This document shows positions 18,355-27,581 of a stretch of 64,000 nt of DNA, in pieces. Position 1 is the first letter of the stretch, and each line of letters opens with the position of its first letter. Source of the stretch: an uncultured Candidatus Saccharibacteria bacterium (lineage in GTDB: Bacteria > Patescibacteriota > Minisyncoccia > UBA6257 > 2-01-FULL-56-20); the NCBI GenBank assembly GCA_964505005.1, contig CAZDFQ010000001.1, forward strand, positions 50,458 to 114,457, read 5' to 3'. A program made the translations under genes and the position numbers. The notes below the pieces were generated by a model. It was not told the origin of the DNA. It did no database searches and saw only the letters and a program-made list of their open reading frames with translations.

Positions 18355-19707
18355 TTATTTATATTTCTCTATTTCTTCTTCGCCGCCGAAAACGGCCGTG
18401 CCCGCCGGCGGACCGGCTTTGCGGCTTTCGACCCGGCGGATGTGCGGCGCGGTCAGCACCAAATAGGTCGGCGGATGGAAAATGGTGGCCAGACATTCGG
18501 TATTCATGGCAAAACTTCGGGAAGTAAAATTCCAATTTAAAAGATGAGAAGTCAAAAGCCGACCCATAAATGTTTTGGGTGGTATTTCCCGGCGGCGGTA
18601 ATTGTAAAGAATTCTTGATTTGCGGTATTCATTTCTCCGCCGCGGGAAGAGATGAGGCCATTTCCAGAATCGAACGCGGGTGCTCATTGTTTCATTCCGA
18701 CTCAAAGAATTTAAATCCAGAGCGGCAAATTGATTGAAACAAGCGGTGATGGCCCGGCGAGGGAACGAATCGTAATAAAGGGATTTGGGTGAAAGATAGA
18801 TGAAGCGAATCAAAGTATCAAAAGCCGGTTTTGACAAATTGTTTTCCACGGCTTTCAAGACATCGGTCTCCCCGGGAGTTCTCATAAAAGAACGGAAAAA
18901 TTGCGTCCCGGCGTTCTGTTCCGGTTTTACGACTTCAAATTGCGGCAGCGGTCCGCCGTGAAATGAGGTGGCGGTTTTTGGTTTGGCGGCTTCGGCCGCG
19001 GCTTTTTTAAATCTCAACTCTTCAATCAATCCATCCCATTTATCGCGCCATTCCCTTGCTTTCGGAGCAATCAAAAACTGAATGCAGACAATCTCTTCTT
19101 TTTTAATCGTCGCCATAAATTCCAGAAAAGCGGCCATGGGGTCATATTGCTTTTCTTCTTCTGGGGCTTCAAACTCCGAATAAACTTTTATGGGGTAAGC
19201 TTCTTCGCGGTCCAGTTTCATCTCCGAACCCCATAAGTCATAGCCCTGCTCATGTAATTCTTTAATATTAGCCGGTAATCTCTCGATATAATCATCAATT
19301 TCAACAATTTCAATTTCCGGATAATAAGAAAGAAAAGCCGCTTCCAAAAGCCCTTTCTGAAGATTATAGCCTCTTACATAAAAGTGCGTTTCGCCGCCGA
19401 AGCTGGCTATTTCCAAGGCATACCAGCGGGTTATTTCGCCGTCCCACCATTTTTCGGCAATGTCGGCCGGCGCATTCCTTAAAGCGTGAAAAGAAGTAAA
19501 GACCTGCTCCATGGCCCGCGGATTTTTTCTGATTTCCCGCGGCATTTTCAATTCCAAAACCACCCAATTGAGCTTTTTCTTGAAAATTTCCTGGCGCCAA
19601 TAAAGCCAAGTGGAAATGCCGGCGGGCAAAAGAATGACAAACGCCCAAAACCACCAACTTAAAGACAGAAAGTTCAAAAGAACATCGGCAATAAAGTTGA
19701 AAGGCAT
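18355..19707 (-). CDS. hypothetical protein with N-terminal TM helices and large soluble domain (partner gene of VirD4-like ATPase block)
   Basis: 450 aa; no motif recognised; co-directional and tightly spaced with 17730..18209 and 16114..17559. Confidence 0.5.
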   Translation of the reverse strand: MPFNFIADVLLNFLSLSWWFWAFVILLPAGISTWLYWRQEIFKKKLNWVVLELKMPREIRKNPRAMEQVFTSFHALRNAPADIAEKWWDGEITRWYALEIASFGGETHFYVRGYNLQKGLLEAAFLSYYPEIEIVEIDDYIERLPANIKELHEQGYDLWGSEMKLDREEAYPIKVYSEFEAPEEEKQYDPMAAFLEFMATIKKEEIVCIQFLIAPKAREWRDKWDGLIEELRFKKAAAEAAKPKTATSFHGGPLPQFEVVKPEQNAGTQFFRSFMRTPGETDVLKAVENNLSKPAFDTLIRFIYLSPKSLYYDSFPRRAITACFNQFAALDLNSLSRNETMSTRVRFWKWPHLFPRRRNEYRKSRILYNYRRREIPPKTFMGRLLTSHLLNWNFTSRSFAMNTECLATIFHPPTYLVLTAPHIRRVESRKAGPPAGTAVFGGEEEIEKYK

Positions 19708-19845
19708 AATAACTTAATTCTAAATCCTAATATCTAATTTCTAATCAAATCCCGATTTCCCAATGACCAATGACCAAAAGTTTTAGGCATTAGATATTCT
19801 GGCGTTGGAAATTTATTAGAAATTAGTAATTAGAAATTAGAAATT
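19708..19845. repeat. composite palindromic intergenic repeat (family 1)
   Basis: ttctaaatcctaatatctaatttctaatcaaatcc ... ttagaaattagtaattagaaattagaaatttt. Confidence 0.65.
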
Positions 19846-20877
19846 TTATCTTCTTATCTGGTAGGTCCCGTCCGGTTTGCGCAAAAAGAAATTTTTGTTT
19901 TGGAGATTCACCAGTATCGTATTGGGCTTGAAGAAGCGCTCTTTCTGGACAGAAGCAATCACTTCTCTTGTCCGCATTGGTCCGTTTTCTTTCAGGATGC
20001 GTTTGATAACTTCCCGGGCCGTTCCCGGTTGATAACCGTGTTCAGCCAACCCGTACATTCCCCGGCCAACTAAGACGAAGCGTGGGTCTTTAATCAGTTC
20101 ATTGTGAACCGTGGCTTCGAGAACACGCTTTTGGACTCCTTTTTCATTTATGAGTCGAGCGAGGCCAAGAAAATGAAGTGGTTTCTTCTCTTTTTTCAGC
20201 ACCAGATAAATGTGTTCCCGGACCGCTATTGGTTTGATTTCCGGCCATTCAGTCAAACCAACATCGCCGTAATAATTAACATGGAATTTTTTGGAAATTC
20301 TTAAATAACTTTCCGCTACCGCTGTCTCCAGCCGGCGCTTCCTGATAAAGGCCTGGAAATATTCTTGGTAATTTGGAGTTGCTGACAAAATTTCTTCTTT
20401 TCTTGGCTGCAAGAAATCAACCCATTCTTCAATGAATTTTATCGCTTTTTCCAAAGAATTTTTATCGAGGTAGTAAAAAAACCAGAAATTTTTATCCTCG
20501 GGATAAACAAGAGAGGCCGCTGTCGTCTCATGAAGAAAGTCAAGATGGTTATGGTTTAAATCGTTTATAAGAGCGCGCTGATGTTCCAAAAGGTCCTCTT
20601 CCCTTGAGACGCCTCCGCTATCTCTGATGTATTTTCGGCTCCGCTCCGCAAATTCGGATATCAACGAATGGGAAAGAGCTTTCTCTTTCAAAATCTTGAG
20701 GCCGCTTGATTCAATCTGGCGGATTCGCTCTCTGGTGATCCCGTATTCTTTACCCAAAGCCGCCAGGGTCTGGGGTCTGTCATAAGGGTCAAGGCCAAAA
20801 CGACCGGCCAAAATATTTGTCTGGCGGTCATCAAGATAAACCCAGAGCGGGCTGAGAATTTTGTTAATTGAAGCCAT
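19846..20877 (-). CDS. protein with N-terminal sigma-70 region-4-like HTH followed by an unknown domain
   Basis: 343 aa; ILAGRFGL...TLAALGKEYGITRERIRQIESSGLKILKE is a textbook sigma-70 r4 helix-turn-helix but placed at the N-terminus. Confidence 0.55.
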   Translation of the reverse strand: MASINKILSPLWVYLDDRQTNILAGRFGLDPYDRPQTLAALGKEYGITRERIRQIESSGLKILKEKALSHSLISEFAERSRKYIRDSGGVSREEDLLEHQRALINDLNHNHLDFLHETTAASLVYPEDKNFWFFYYLDKNSLEKAIKFIEEWVDFLQPRKEEILSATPNYQEYFQAFIRKRRLETAVAESYLRISKKFHVNYYGDVGLTEWPEIKPIAVREHIYLVLKKEKKPLHFLGLARLINEKGVQKRVLEATVHNELIKDPRFVLVGRGMYGLAEHGYQPGTAREVIKRILKENGPMRTREVIASVQKERFFKPNTILVNLQNKNFFLRKPDGTYQIRR

Positions 20878-21004
20878 TTTAGTGGTAACCGATGCCCTAA
20901 AGCTATAGCCATAAGACTCCAGTCGGACTTAATAAAATTATAAATTAGTTATACAAAATAGTCAAGCGAAGTGTACAGCAAAAGGATTCTTCCCGGGCGA
21001 GGCG

Positions 21005-21334
21005 TCAATTATTCATTCCTTTCAATAAATCTTCCTCGTCTCTAACTACATCTTCCAAGTCCTCCAAAGCCCGGCTCAATTCTTCTATAGCCGCAGGAAG
21101 TTCCGACTTGTCCCGACTCGATTTCATTCTTTCTAATTCGCTCTTCATCCTGTAAATCCTATCCATAATTTCTTTCCTCTTCTCTCTTAGCAAAACTAAT
21201 TCAGGCCGCTCCAGCTGTTCCGCTTTCTCCGGTTGCGGCCCGCCCTCCTTATTGCCATTCCCGTTGCGATGTTCAAATACCTCTTCTGAAAAATCTTCCA
21301 TCCCGTTAGAGACAGGATGTGTCAAAAAGCACAT
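21005..21334 (-). CDS. hypothetical coiled-coil protein
   Basis: 109 aa ORF, charged/coiled-coil, no motif; weak. Confidence 0.25.
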   Translation of the reverse strand: MCFLTHPVSNGMEDFSEEVFEHRNGNGNKEGGPQPEKAEQLERPELVLLREKRKEIMDRIYRMKSELERMKSSRDKSELPAAIEELSRALEDLEDVVRDEEDLLKGMNN

Positions 21335-21478
21335 CCGTGATATGTAAATTAGATTTTATTTCTGCGACCTTAGATGATTGTCCGGTAAAAAAATTCTTCA
21401 TAATTTAGTTGCCTCTAACGGGACCCCTACCCTTATCATAAATTTTAAAACATCATTCCCCAAATTCCAGTCCGGTGA

Positions 21479-22414
21479 TTATCTCCACAAAAAAAGAAGG
21501 GGGCTGGCGACGAAAATCGAGGAATAAATGCCGGTGGTCACGCCGACGAGCAATGTCAAAACAAAGTATTGGAGAGAGGTCGGACCGGCGAAATAAATCG
21601 CCAAAAGGACCAGAATCAGAGTCAAAGAAGTATTAATGGAGCGGGCTATTGTCTGATTTACGCTTCGATTAATCAGGGTTCCGAAATCGGTTCTGCTGCC
21701 GCCTGCGGTGAGTCGCGTCGAACCGCGGTCCAAAGAAAGATTCTCCCTGATGCGGTCGAAAACCACGATGGTATCATGGACCGAAAAACCCATCACCACC
21801 AGAATGGCCACCACGAAATTGCTGTCGATTTCTATGCCGCTGTAACGGCCGAGCACGGCCAGCAGTCCGGCCGGGATGGCGACATCGTGAAAAAGGGTAA
21901 TTAAAGTAATTAGGCCGTATTTCCATGAGCTGACCGGTTTAGACACCTTTCTGAAAGCAAAAGCGATGTAAAGAGAAATAGCAACGAGCACAAGGACGAT
22001 GGCCGTTAAAGCGCTTCTCTTCAATTCGCCGCTCACCGACGGCCCGATTGACCAAAAGTTTATCTCTTCGAACGAAGGATATTTATCTTTCAAAACCTGC
22101 AGGAATTTCTGGTGGTCGGCTTCGCTGATTATCGGCAGCCGCGCCAGAAAACTGTTGTCGGTCAAATTATAAGTGATGGTGGCCTCGGCAATGCCGAAAT
22201 CCGTTTTGAAAAGCCGGTTGAGGTCGTTGAGCGAAGGCGCTTGGGAAATTTTCCCGCCTGAGGCGGGTCCGCCTCGGGCGGAAAATTGCCAGAGCGTGCC
22301 GCTCGTGAATTCAATACCCGGCCGCAAGCCGAAAACAAGCATGACGACAATCGCCGCTCCGACCAGAACAGCGGAAAGACCGAGGAAAATGTTTTTGTGG
22401 CCGATGATATTCAT
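21479..22414 (-). CDS. secF: protein translocase subunit SecF
   Basis: 311 aa; SecF topology and conserved C-terminal TM bundle; downstream of secD. Confidence 0.9.
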   Translation of the reverse strand: MNIIGHKNIFLGLSAVLVGAAIVVMLVFGLRPGIEFTSGTLWQFSARGGPASGGKISQAPSLNDLNRLFKTDFGIAEATITYNLTDNSFLARLPIISEADHQKFLQVLKDKYPSFEEINFWSIGPSVSGELKRSALTAIVLVLVAISLYIAFAFRKVSKPVSSWKYGLITLITLFHDVAIPAGLLAVLGRYSGIEIDSNFVVAILVVMGFSVHDTIVVFDRIRENLSLDRGSTRLTAGGSRTDFGTLINRSVNQTIARSINTSLTLILVLLAIYFAGPTSLQYFVLTLLVGVTTGIYSSIFVASPLLFLWR

Positions 22415-22660
22415 AAATTTCTAAATCCTAATTTCTAATCTCTAAATAATCTCTTCGCCAGAGGCGAATCCGCCTTCGGCGGAAAAATTCAAATCTCAAA
22501 AAAATTATAAAAAGTTTTTGAATTTTAATCATTTGACATTTGGATTTGTTAATGAAGCTTCACTTCATCAATCGGTTCGCTCGGCAACCACAAGAATTTA
22601 TTTATTCTTGTATTGCCTAGCTGCCGATTGTAGAGATTAGGGTTTAGAAATTAGAGATTA
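22415..22660. repeat. composite palindromic intergenic repeat (family 1) with central GCCAGAGGCGAATCCGCCTTCGGCGG double hairpin
   Basis: ctaaatcctaatttctaatctctaaataatctcttcgccagaggcgaatccgccttcggcggaaaaattcaaatctc ... tagagattagggtttagaaattagagatt. Confidence 0.7.
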
Positions 22661-23911
22661 TTATCTTCGATTCTTCACAAATACGCGGAGGAAAAGCCGG
22701 GTGGTGGTTATGGCGCTGAACATGCTGACCAAGACGCCGATGAAAAGCGTCAAAGCAAACCCTTGGACAAAGCTGGAAGTAGATTCGTAAAGAATGATAG
22801 CGGTGATGATGGTGCTAATATTGGAATCCCTGATTGAAGGCCAGGCCCGGCGGAAGCCCTCTTCAATGGCCGCGGTCCACGAAAGACCTTTTTTGATTTC
22901 TTCTTTGACTCTTTCGAAAATCAGGATATTGGCGTCAACGGCCATGCCGATGGTCAAGATGAAACCGGCCAAACCGGACAAGCTCAAAGTAATCGGGATG
23001 ATTTTGAAAATGCCGAGGGTCAGAGCAATGTAAATAACCAACGCTAAGGCCGCGAAAATGCCGAAAAAGCGGTAATAGCCGAGCATAAAAAGCATCACCA
23101 AAAGCGTGCCGATGAGGCCGGCAAAAATCGCTTTTTTCAAAGAATCAGTGCCGAGCGTCGGGCTGATGGTCTGCTGGCTGATGAGATTTATCGGCGCGGG
23201 CAGGGCGCCGGCGTTGAGCCGGGCCACTATTTTTTTGGCCAGATTGACGTCGAATTGCCCGGTAATCACCGCTTTGCCGTTCGGAATCTCTTCATTAACA
23301 TACGGACAGCTGATGGACAAATTGTCCGGGATAATCGGCTCGTTATCGATGAAAACGCAGAGCGGCTTGTTCAGATTTTTCCTGGTCATCTGCTGAAAAA
23401 TTTTGGCGCCGGTGTCGTTGAGCGTAAAGTCAATCTCCGGCTTAGTGGTGTTCTGGCTGAAACCAAGCTGCGAGTTCACAAGATAGCGGCCGGTGAGATT
23501 CGTCAGAACTAATATGGTCGAGGTGCCGTTCTGCTCCACTTCCCGGAAATCGAGGAGTGGCGTTTCGCCTATTTGGCGGATGGCCTCGGCAATGTTTCCC
23601 ACGCCGCAAAGCTCGGCGATAAGATTGGCTTTATTGCCAGATTGAGCGATGAACACCTGGGGCTCGCTGACGCCGAAAAGATTGACGCGGCGTTCGATGA
23701 CATCGCGCAGGCCGTTCAAAATAGAATCTCGGTCGTTCGCGGAAACGCTGGATAAATCAGCTTCATAGACCAGATAGCTGCCGCCGGCCAAATCGCAGCC
23801 CAGACGCCACGGCCGAAAACTCTGACCGACATATTTCGGATACACAAAAATAGCAGCCCCAACTGCCGCCACAACAATCAAAGACAATAGAGGACCCGGG
23901 TACTTTTTCAT
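22661..23911 (-). CDS. secD: protein translocase subunit SecD
   Basis: 416 aa; signal-anchor, periplasmic domain then C-terminal 6-TM bundle typical of SecD. Confidence 0.9.
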   Translation of the reverse strand: MKKYPGPLLSLIVVAAVGAAIFVYPKYVGQSFRPWRLGCDLAGGSYLVYEADLSSVSANDRDSILNGLRDVIERRVNLFGVSEPQVFIAQSGNKANLIAELCGVGNIAEAIRQIGETPLLDFREVEQNGTSTILVLTNLTGRYLVNSQLGFSQNTTKPEIDFTLNDTGAKIFQQMTRKNLNKPLCVFIDNEPIIPDNLSISCPYVNEEIPNGKAVITGQFDVNLAKKIVARLNAGALPAPINLISQQTISPTLGTDSLKKAIFAGLIGTLLVMLFMLGYYRFFGIFAALALVIYIALTLGIFKIIPITLSLSGLAGFILTIGMAVDANILIFERVKEEIKKGLSWTAAIEEGFRRAWPSIRDSNISTIITAIILYESTSSFVQGFALTLFIGVLVSMFSAITTTRLFLRVFVKNRR

Positions 23912-24067
23912 ATTAGCGCAATTCGAATGACTCGAATCCGACTCGAGCGTCTCGAAAATTTGTCCAAAAAGATTATTCTTATTCGAGCGATTCGAATGTA
24001 TCCGAGATATTCGAGTTGCATAATATTATATCTTTTGACGATATTCTATCTATTTTGCCGCATTTTT

Positions 24068-24112
24068 GCAAGAAAAAGAATGAGGGTCGCCCAGTTTAGA
24101 ACCAGGCGACCC
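24068..24112 (-). terminator. rho-independent terminator downstream of pup
   Basis: GGGTCGCC-cagtttagaacca-GGCGACCC hairpin followed on the minus strand by TCATTCTTTTTCTTGC. Confidence 0.55.
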
Positions 24113-24135
24113 CCGACTTACTCTCCTATCCGCCG

Positions 24136-24342
24136 CTACTCCCCGCCGCGCTGAACGAAATGTTTCAGTGCCTCGTGTTTCATATTTTCGTCCAGCACAT
24201 CGTCAATCTCGTCCACCAGCTTGTCTATGTCCTCCTTCAGCTGTTTCCCCTTCACCATCGCCGGATTGGCAGAGGCCGGAGCCGGCGCAGGTTCCTCACG
24301 GCGCGAGGAACTCGGTTTTTCTACCCGAACTTGTTCTGCCAT
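24136..24342 (-). CDS. pup: prokaryotic ubiquitin-like protein Pup (C-terminal GGE)
   Basis: 68 aa from the SD-preceded ATG (GAGGAGGGGGAAGCC ATG): MAEQVRVEKPSSSRREEPAPAPASANPAMVKGKQLKEDIDKLVDEIDDVLDENMKHEALKHFVQRGGE; C-terminal half aligns closely with M. tuberculosis Pup ...LLDEIDDVLEENAEDFVRAYVQKGGQ. Local GC is clearly higher than flanks. Confidence 0.7.
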   Translation of the reverse strand: MAEQVRVEKPSSSRREEPAPAPASANPAMVKGKQLKEDIDKLVDEIDDVLDENMKHEALKHFVQRGGE

Positions 24343-24545
24343 GGCTTCCCCCTCCTCTTGATGCAGGGTTTGTCCGATAGCCAAAACTCTTCGCTCCTAA
24401 GTTCTATCTAAACCCTATCAGAGCGAGTTTATTTTTGTCAATTACAAAATAATATAAATCCTCGCCTAAATTTATTACTTCAATATGTCAATAACTTTCA
24501 CTACTGCCTCTTGTTTATCTTGCGCGATAAGTTAATAATGAAAAT

Positions 24546-25745
24546 ATGGCTCTTAGAAAATTAGCATTTTTTGTTTTTACCGTCCTGATTGCCTTGTCGT
24601 TCTCGATGTCGCTCGGACTGGCGGCCACAACTAAAACCACAACCAAAACTTCCTTTTACTACGCCGGCTGGCTGCCGTTCTGGAAAAAGCAGAGCGGCGC
24701 CCAGGACATTTCCGATGAATTGTATAAATTCCGCGAATTGAGTCCGTTTTCTTACGAGGTCAAGGCAGATGGCACGCTGGTTGACAAACTGAAACTGACC
24801 GAGGGTTTTTGGCCGAACTGGCTGCTAGCGGCCCGCGACGCCGGCGTAAAAATCATCCCGACCATCGCCTGGTTTGACGGCCAGGACATTCATAAACTCC
24901 TTGCCAACAAAAAGAAACGGCTTGCTCACGAAGACGCCATTGCCAAACTCGTCAAAGATATGAAATTCGACGGCATTGACATTGACTACGAAAGCAAACT
25001 GCCGGAAACCAAAGATTATTTCTCCACTTTCATCTACGGTCTGGCGCTTCGGCTGCACAGCCAGAAAAAAATTCTTTCCTGCACCATCGAGGCCCGGATG
25101 CCACTGACTTCGCTTTTGGGCGGCGTGCCCAAAGACACCCGAAGAGCCAACGATTACGCGGCTCTGAACAAATACTGCGATGAGGTGCGGGTGATGGCTT
25201 ATGACCAGGGGTTGATTGACGGCCAGCTCGACCGGGCCAAGGGCAACAGCGGCACTCTTTACGCGCCAGTGGCTGACCCGGACTGGGTGAAAAAAGTTCT
25301 CGCTGAAACCTTGAAACAGATAAGCAAGAAAAAAATTATGCTCGGCATTCCGACTTACGGCTACGAATACGAAGTCAGCTGGTCGGACGGCTTTCTGACC
25401 TACAAGCGTCTGCGCACCCATACTTTTTTCCAGGCCATAAAAAGAGCTGTGGAGGTCGGCGCTGTCCAGCAAAGAAACTCTGCCGGCGAATTGAGTTTCA
25501 CTTACAGTACCAGCAACTCGGTCGGCGACTTCTCGCCTTCGCTGACCTGGCAGGTTTCCTCAACCCAGCCCGCAGTCATTGCTTCAGCCAGCGTCAATGG
25601 CCTTGCCACGCGTTTCGTTTCATTCAGCGACGCCGAATCCGCTATGCAAAAAATAGCCCTGGCCAAAAAATTAGGGCTCCGCGGCGTGGTCTTTTTCAAG
25701 CTCGACGGCGAACAAGACCCGTTCTTGTGGGAGAAGATAAAGTGA
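24546..25745 (+). CDS. secreted glycoside hydrolase family 18 (chitinase/YaaH-like)
   Basis: 399 aa; signal peptide; GH18 catalytic motif FDGIDIDYE. Confidence 0.7.
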   Translation: MALRKLAFFVFTVLIALSFSMSLGLAATTKTTTKTSFYYAGWLPFWKKQSGAQDISDELYKFRELSPFSYEVKADGTLVDKLKLTEGFWPNWLLAARDAGVKIIPTIAWFDGQDIHKLLANKKKRLAHEDAIAKLVKDMKFDGIDIDYESKLPETKDYFSTFIYGLALRLHSQKKILSCTIEARMPLTSLLGGVPKDTRRANDYAALNKYCDEVRVMAYDQGLIDGQLDRAKGNSGTLYAPVADPDWVKKVLAETLKQISKKKIMLGIPTYGYEYEVSWSDGFLTYKRLRTHTFFQAIKRAVEVGAVQQRNSAGELSFTYSTSNSVGDFSPSLTWQVSSTQPAVIASASVNGLATRFVSFSDAESAMQKIALAKKLGLRGVVFFKLDGEQDPFLWEKIK

Positions 25746-25806
25746 AAAAATAAGCGGAGCCGAGCATGATGCCCGGCTCCTGATTACCGCGAGCAGAATC
25801 AATCCT

Positions 25807-26598
25807 TCAGAAGAAAGGAAGGATTCGCTCGAAATCGCACTCTACACCGAATCGCAGGTTGGCTCCCGCGATATAGTGTAGCATCCTGTCGAGATCTAAC
25901 GCGTCTTCCGGCATCGGTGTCCGCAGGCGTCCCTCCGCATCGATACTCAGCTCCGGGAACTCCGGGACGAGCGGCTCGATGAAGTGAAGTGTATCAGGGC
26001 CGAGACCGCCCGCGACACCGAGACCGAGTATCCAATCCTTAGGAATCGCCCGAAGATACTCGGCTAACTTCGCGGCGTCAAGGAACGCTCCCTTGCCGCC
26101 GCTCGCATCAATGAGAATCGCATCGATCATCGGCAGATAGGCGCCGACGAGTTCCTCGAAGCGTTCCATTGACTCAACCTGTGCCATTGCCTTGCTGCCG
26201 ATTTGGAGCACGAGGAACTTGTCGGGGTGAATTTCCCAGTAGTCCTCGAGGTCCGAAATCGGTGGCCAGACAATGTTGAGCTGGAAGCCGTCGAGATAGG
26301 GTCCGGCGAGCTCTGTAATCTCGACGAGTTGACTAAGCAGCGTCTCGGGATGGTCGGTGCTGTAGTGGACGAGGTTGAGCGCCCGCGGGTCATCAACGAA
26401 GATGCCTGCGACATTTTCCCTTTTGGGATACCGACCAGGCCACTTGTTCGGTTGGCCGGCGAGCGTTTTGGAGCTCATCAGAACTCCCACCATGAGGCGG
26501 CGCGTCCCTCTCTGCGGAACCACAGCGAGTGCTGTGGTGACCTCGAATCGAGACATGAACCCTGTGACGCCAATGTAGGGGCCTGTTTTCTCCGCCAT
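25807..26598 (-). CDS. phosphoribosylanthranilate isomerase (TrpF/PRAI)-fold protein
   Basis: SD GGAAAGGAGG then MAEKTGPYIGVTG...VGVL...FQLN...ILIDASGGKGAFLD...GVAGGLGPDT; matches the TrpF KxCGxT / VGVF / QLHG / GG(T)G / AGGL pattern; ~58% GC islet. Confidence 0.5.
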   Translation of the reverse strand: MAEKTGPYIGVTGFMSRFEVTTALAVVPQRGTRRLMVGVLMSSKTLAGQPNKWPGRYPKRENVAGIFVDDPRALNLVHYSTDHPETLLSQLVEITELAGPYLDGFQLNIVWPPISDLEDYWEIHPDKFLVLQIGSKAMAQVESMERFEELVGAYLPMIDAILIDASGGKGAFLDAAKLAEYLRAIPKDWILGLGVAGGLGPDTLHFIEPLVPEFPELSIDAEGRLRTPMPEDALDLDRMLHYIAGANLRFGVECDFERILPFF

Positions 26599-26752
26599 TG
26601 TGGAGCCTCCTTTCCGGCTACCAGATGACATTCCATATGGATAATTGGGATTGCTGCGGATAATATACTGAAAAAGAAAGAAATTGTCCAGCACAATCGG
26701 CAGTGGGCTAAAAGTAAATGACCATATCTTGTCCGCCCTGCAAGACCTCCGG

Positions 26753-26980
26753 CTATAAATCCTCGGGAGTAAGACCTGTATGTTTTGAAATCAGATTGAG
26801 CATGCGCGGCCCTATCTCTTCGCGTTCATGAAATGCAAAAGTAATATCTGGCCACCCAGTTCTGCTAAGTATTCTATGCGAACCGCGCTGGCGCTTGATT
26901 CGCCAACCGATGGAAAACAGCGCTTTAAGAACACGCGATGCCTTAGCGGCGCGCCATCCCATAGTCAAACAAACGAGCAA
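26753..26980 (-). CDS. hicA: HicA-family mRNA interferase toxin
   Basis: …LKALFSIGWRIKRQRGSHRIL…LNLISKHTGL matches HicA (GW..R..GSHR). Confidence 0.6.
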   Translation of the reverse strand: MLVCLTMGWRAAKASRVLKALFSIGWRIKRQRGSHRILSRTGWPDITFAFHEREEIGPRMLNLISKHTGLTPEDL

Positions 26981-27182
26981 CTGACGGCGGAGTACTGCCT
27001 TGTTCTATGCTGTCCGCTAAAGTCCTGAGGGCGATGGCGTAAGCCCGTCGTAGGGCTTCTTGTTTAGTATCTCCGTAGGCCATTACCCCCGGCAGTTTCG
27101 GGATTTCAGCAATCCACCGACCGTCATTCTCGCGGTCGAACTGAACAGTAAAGTGGGTTTTGGATTTTGATTTCATACTCAT
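26943..27182 (-). CDS. hicB: HicB-family antitoxin
   Basis: MSMKSKSKTHFTVQFDRENDGRWIAEIPKLPGVMAYGDTKQEALRRAYAIALRTLADSIEQG; UPF0150/HicB pattern (EDGGY.A.VPELPGC...G.T.EEAL). Confidence 0.55.
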   Translation of the reverse strand: MSMKSKSKTHFTVQFDRENDGRWIAEIPKLPGVMAYGDTKQEALRRAYAIALRTLADSIEQGSTPPSVARLFDYGMARR

Positions 27183-27281
27183 ACTGCTATTGCCAATAAT
27201 TATAGATAAGTTGTTGCGAATTGCAATAGAGTGATACAAGAAGTTGGTAACACAATGTGTCTCCCCAGAAGGACTCGCCGT

Positions 27282-27578
27282 CTAATCCTTAGAAAGATTG
27301 GACGAGCCTCGTCCAACTTTTTTAAAAGTTGGACGGGAACCTGCAAAAATCTTTTTAATATTATTTCGACCAGCGCGACTTTTCCAATATTTTTCTCTCG
27401 ATTTGGCCTCGGCTAAAGAGCTAACTGGCTCCATATAAATTACTTTCCATGGCCGGAAAAATTTAGTCGCCATAACTCTCCCATTATTGTGATACCAAAG
27501 CCTCTCCTCTAAATTATCTGTATAGCCAGTGTATGTTCTTGGGACTTTTTCACTCGATAAAATATATACTACAAACAT
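27282..27578 (-). CDS. small GIY-YIG nuclease domain protein (UPF0213/YhbQ-like)
   Basis: MFVVYILSS...YTGYTDNLEERLWYHN...; ATG abuts the 3' end of a tRNA-Lys fragment (GGGCGGACAAATT ATG). Confidence 0.6.
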   Translation of the reverse strand: MFVVYILSSEKVPRTYTGYTDNLEERLWYHNNGRVMATKFFRPWKVIYMEPVSSLAEAKSREKYWKSRAGRNNIKKIFAGSRPTFKKVGRGSSNLSKD

Positions 27579-27581
27579 AAT

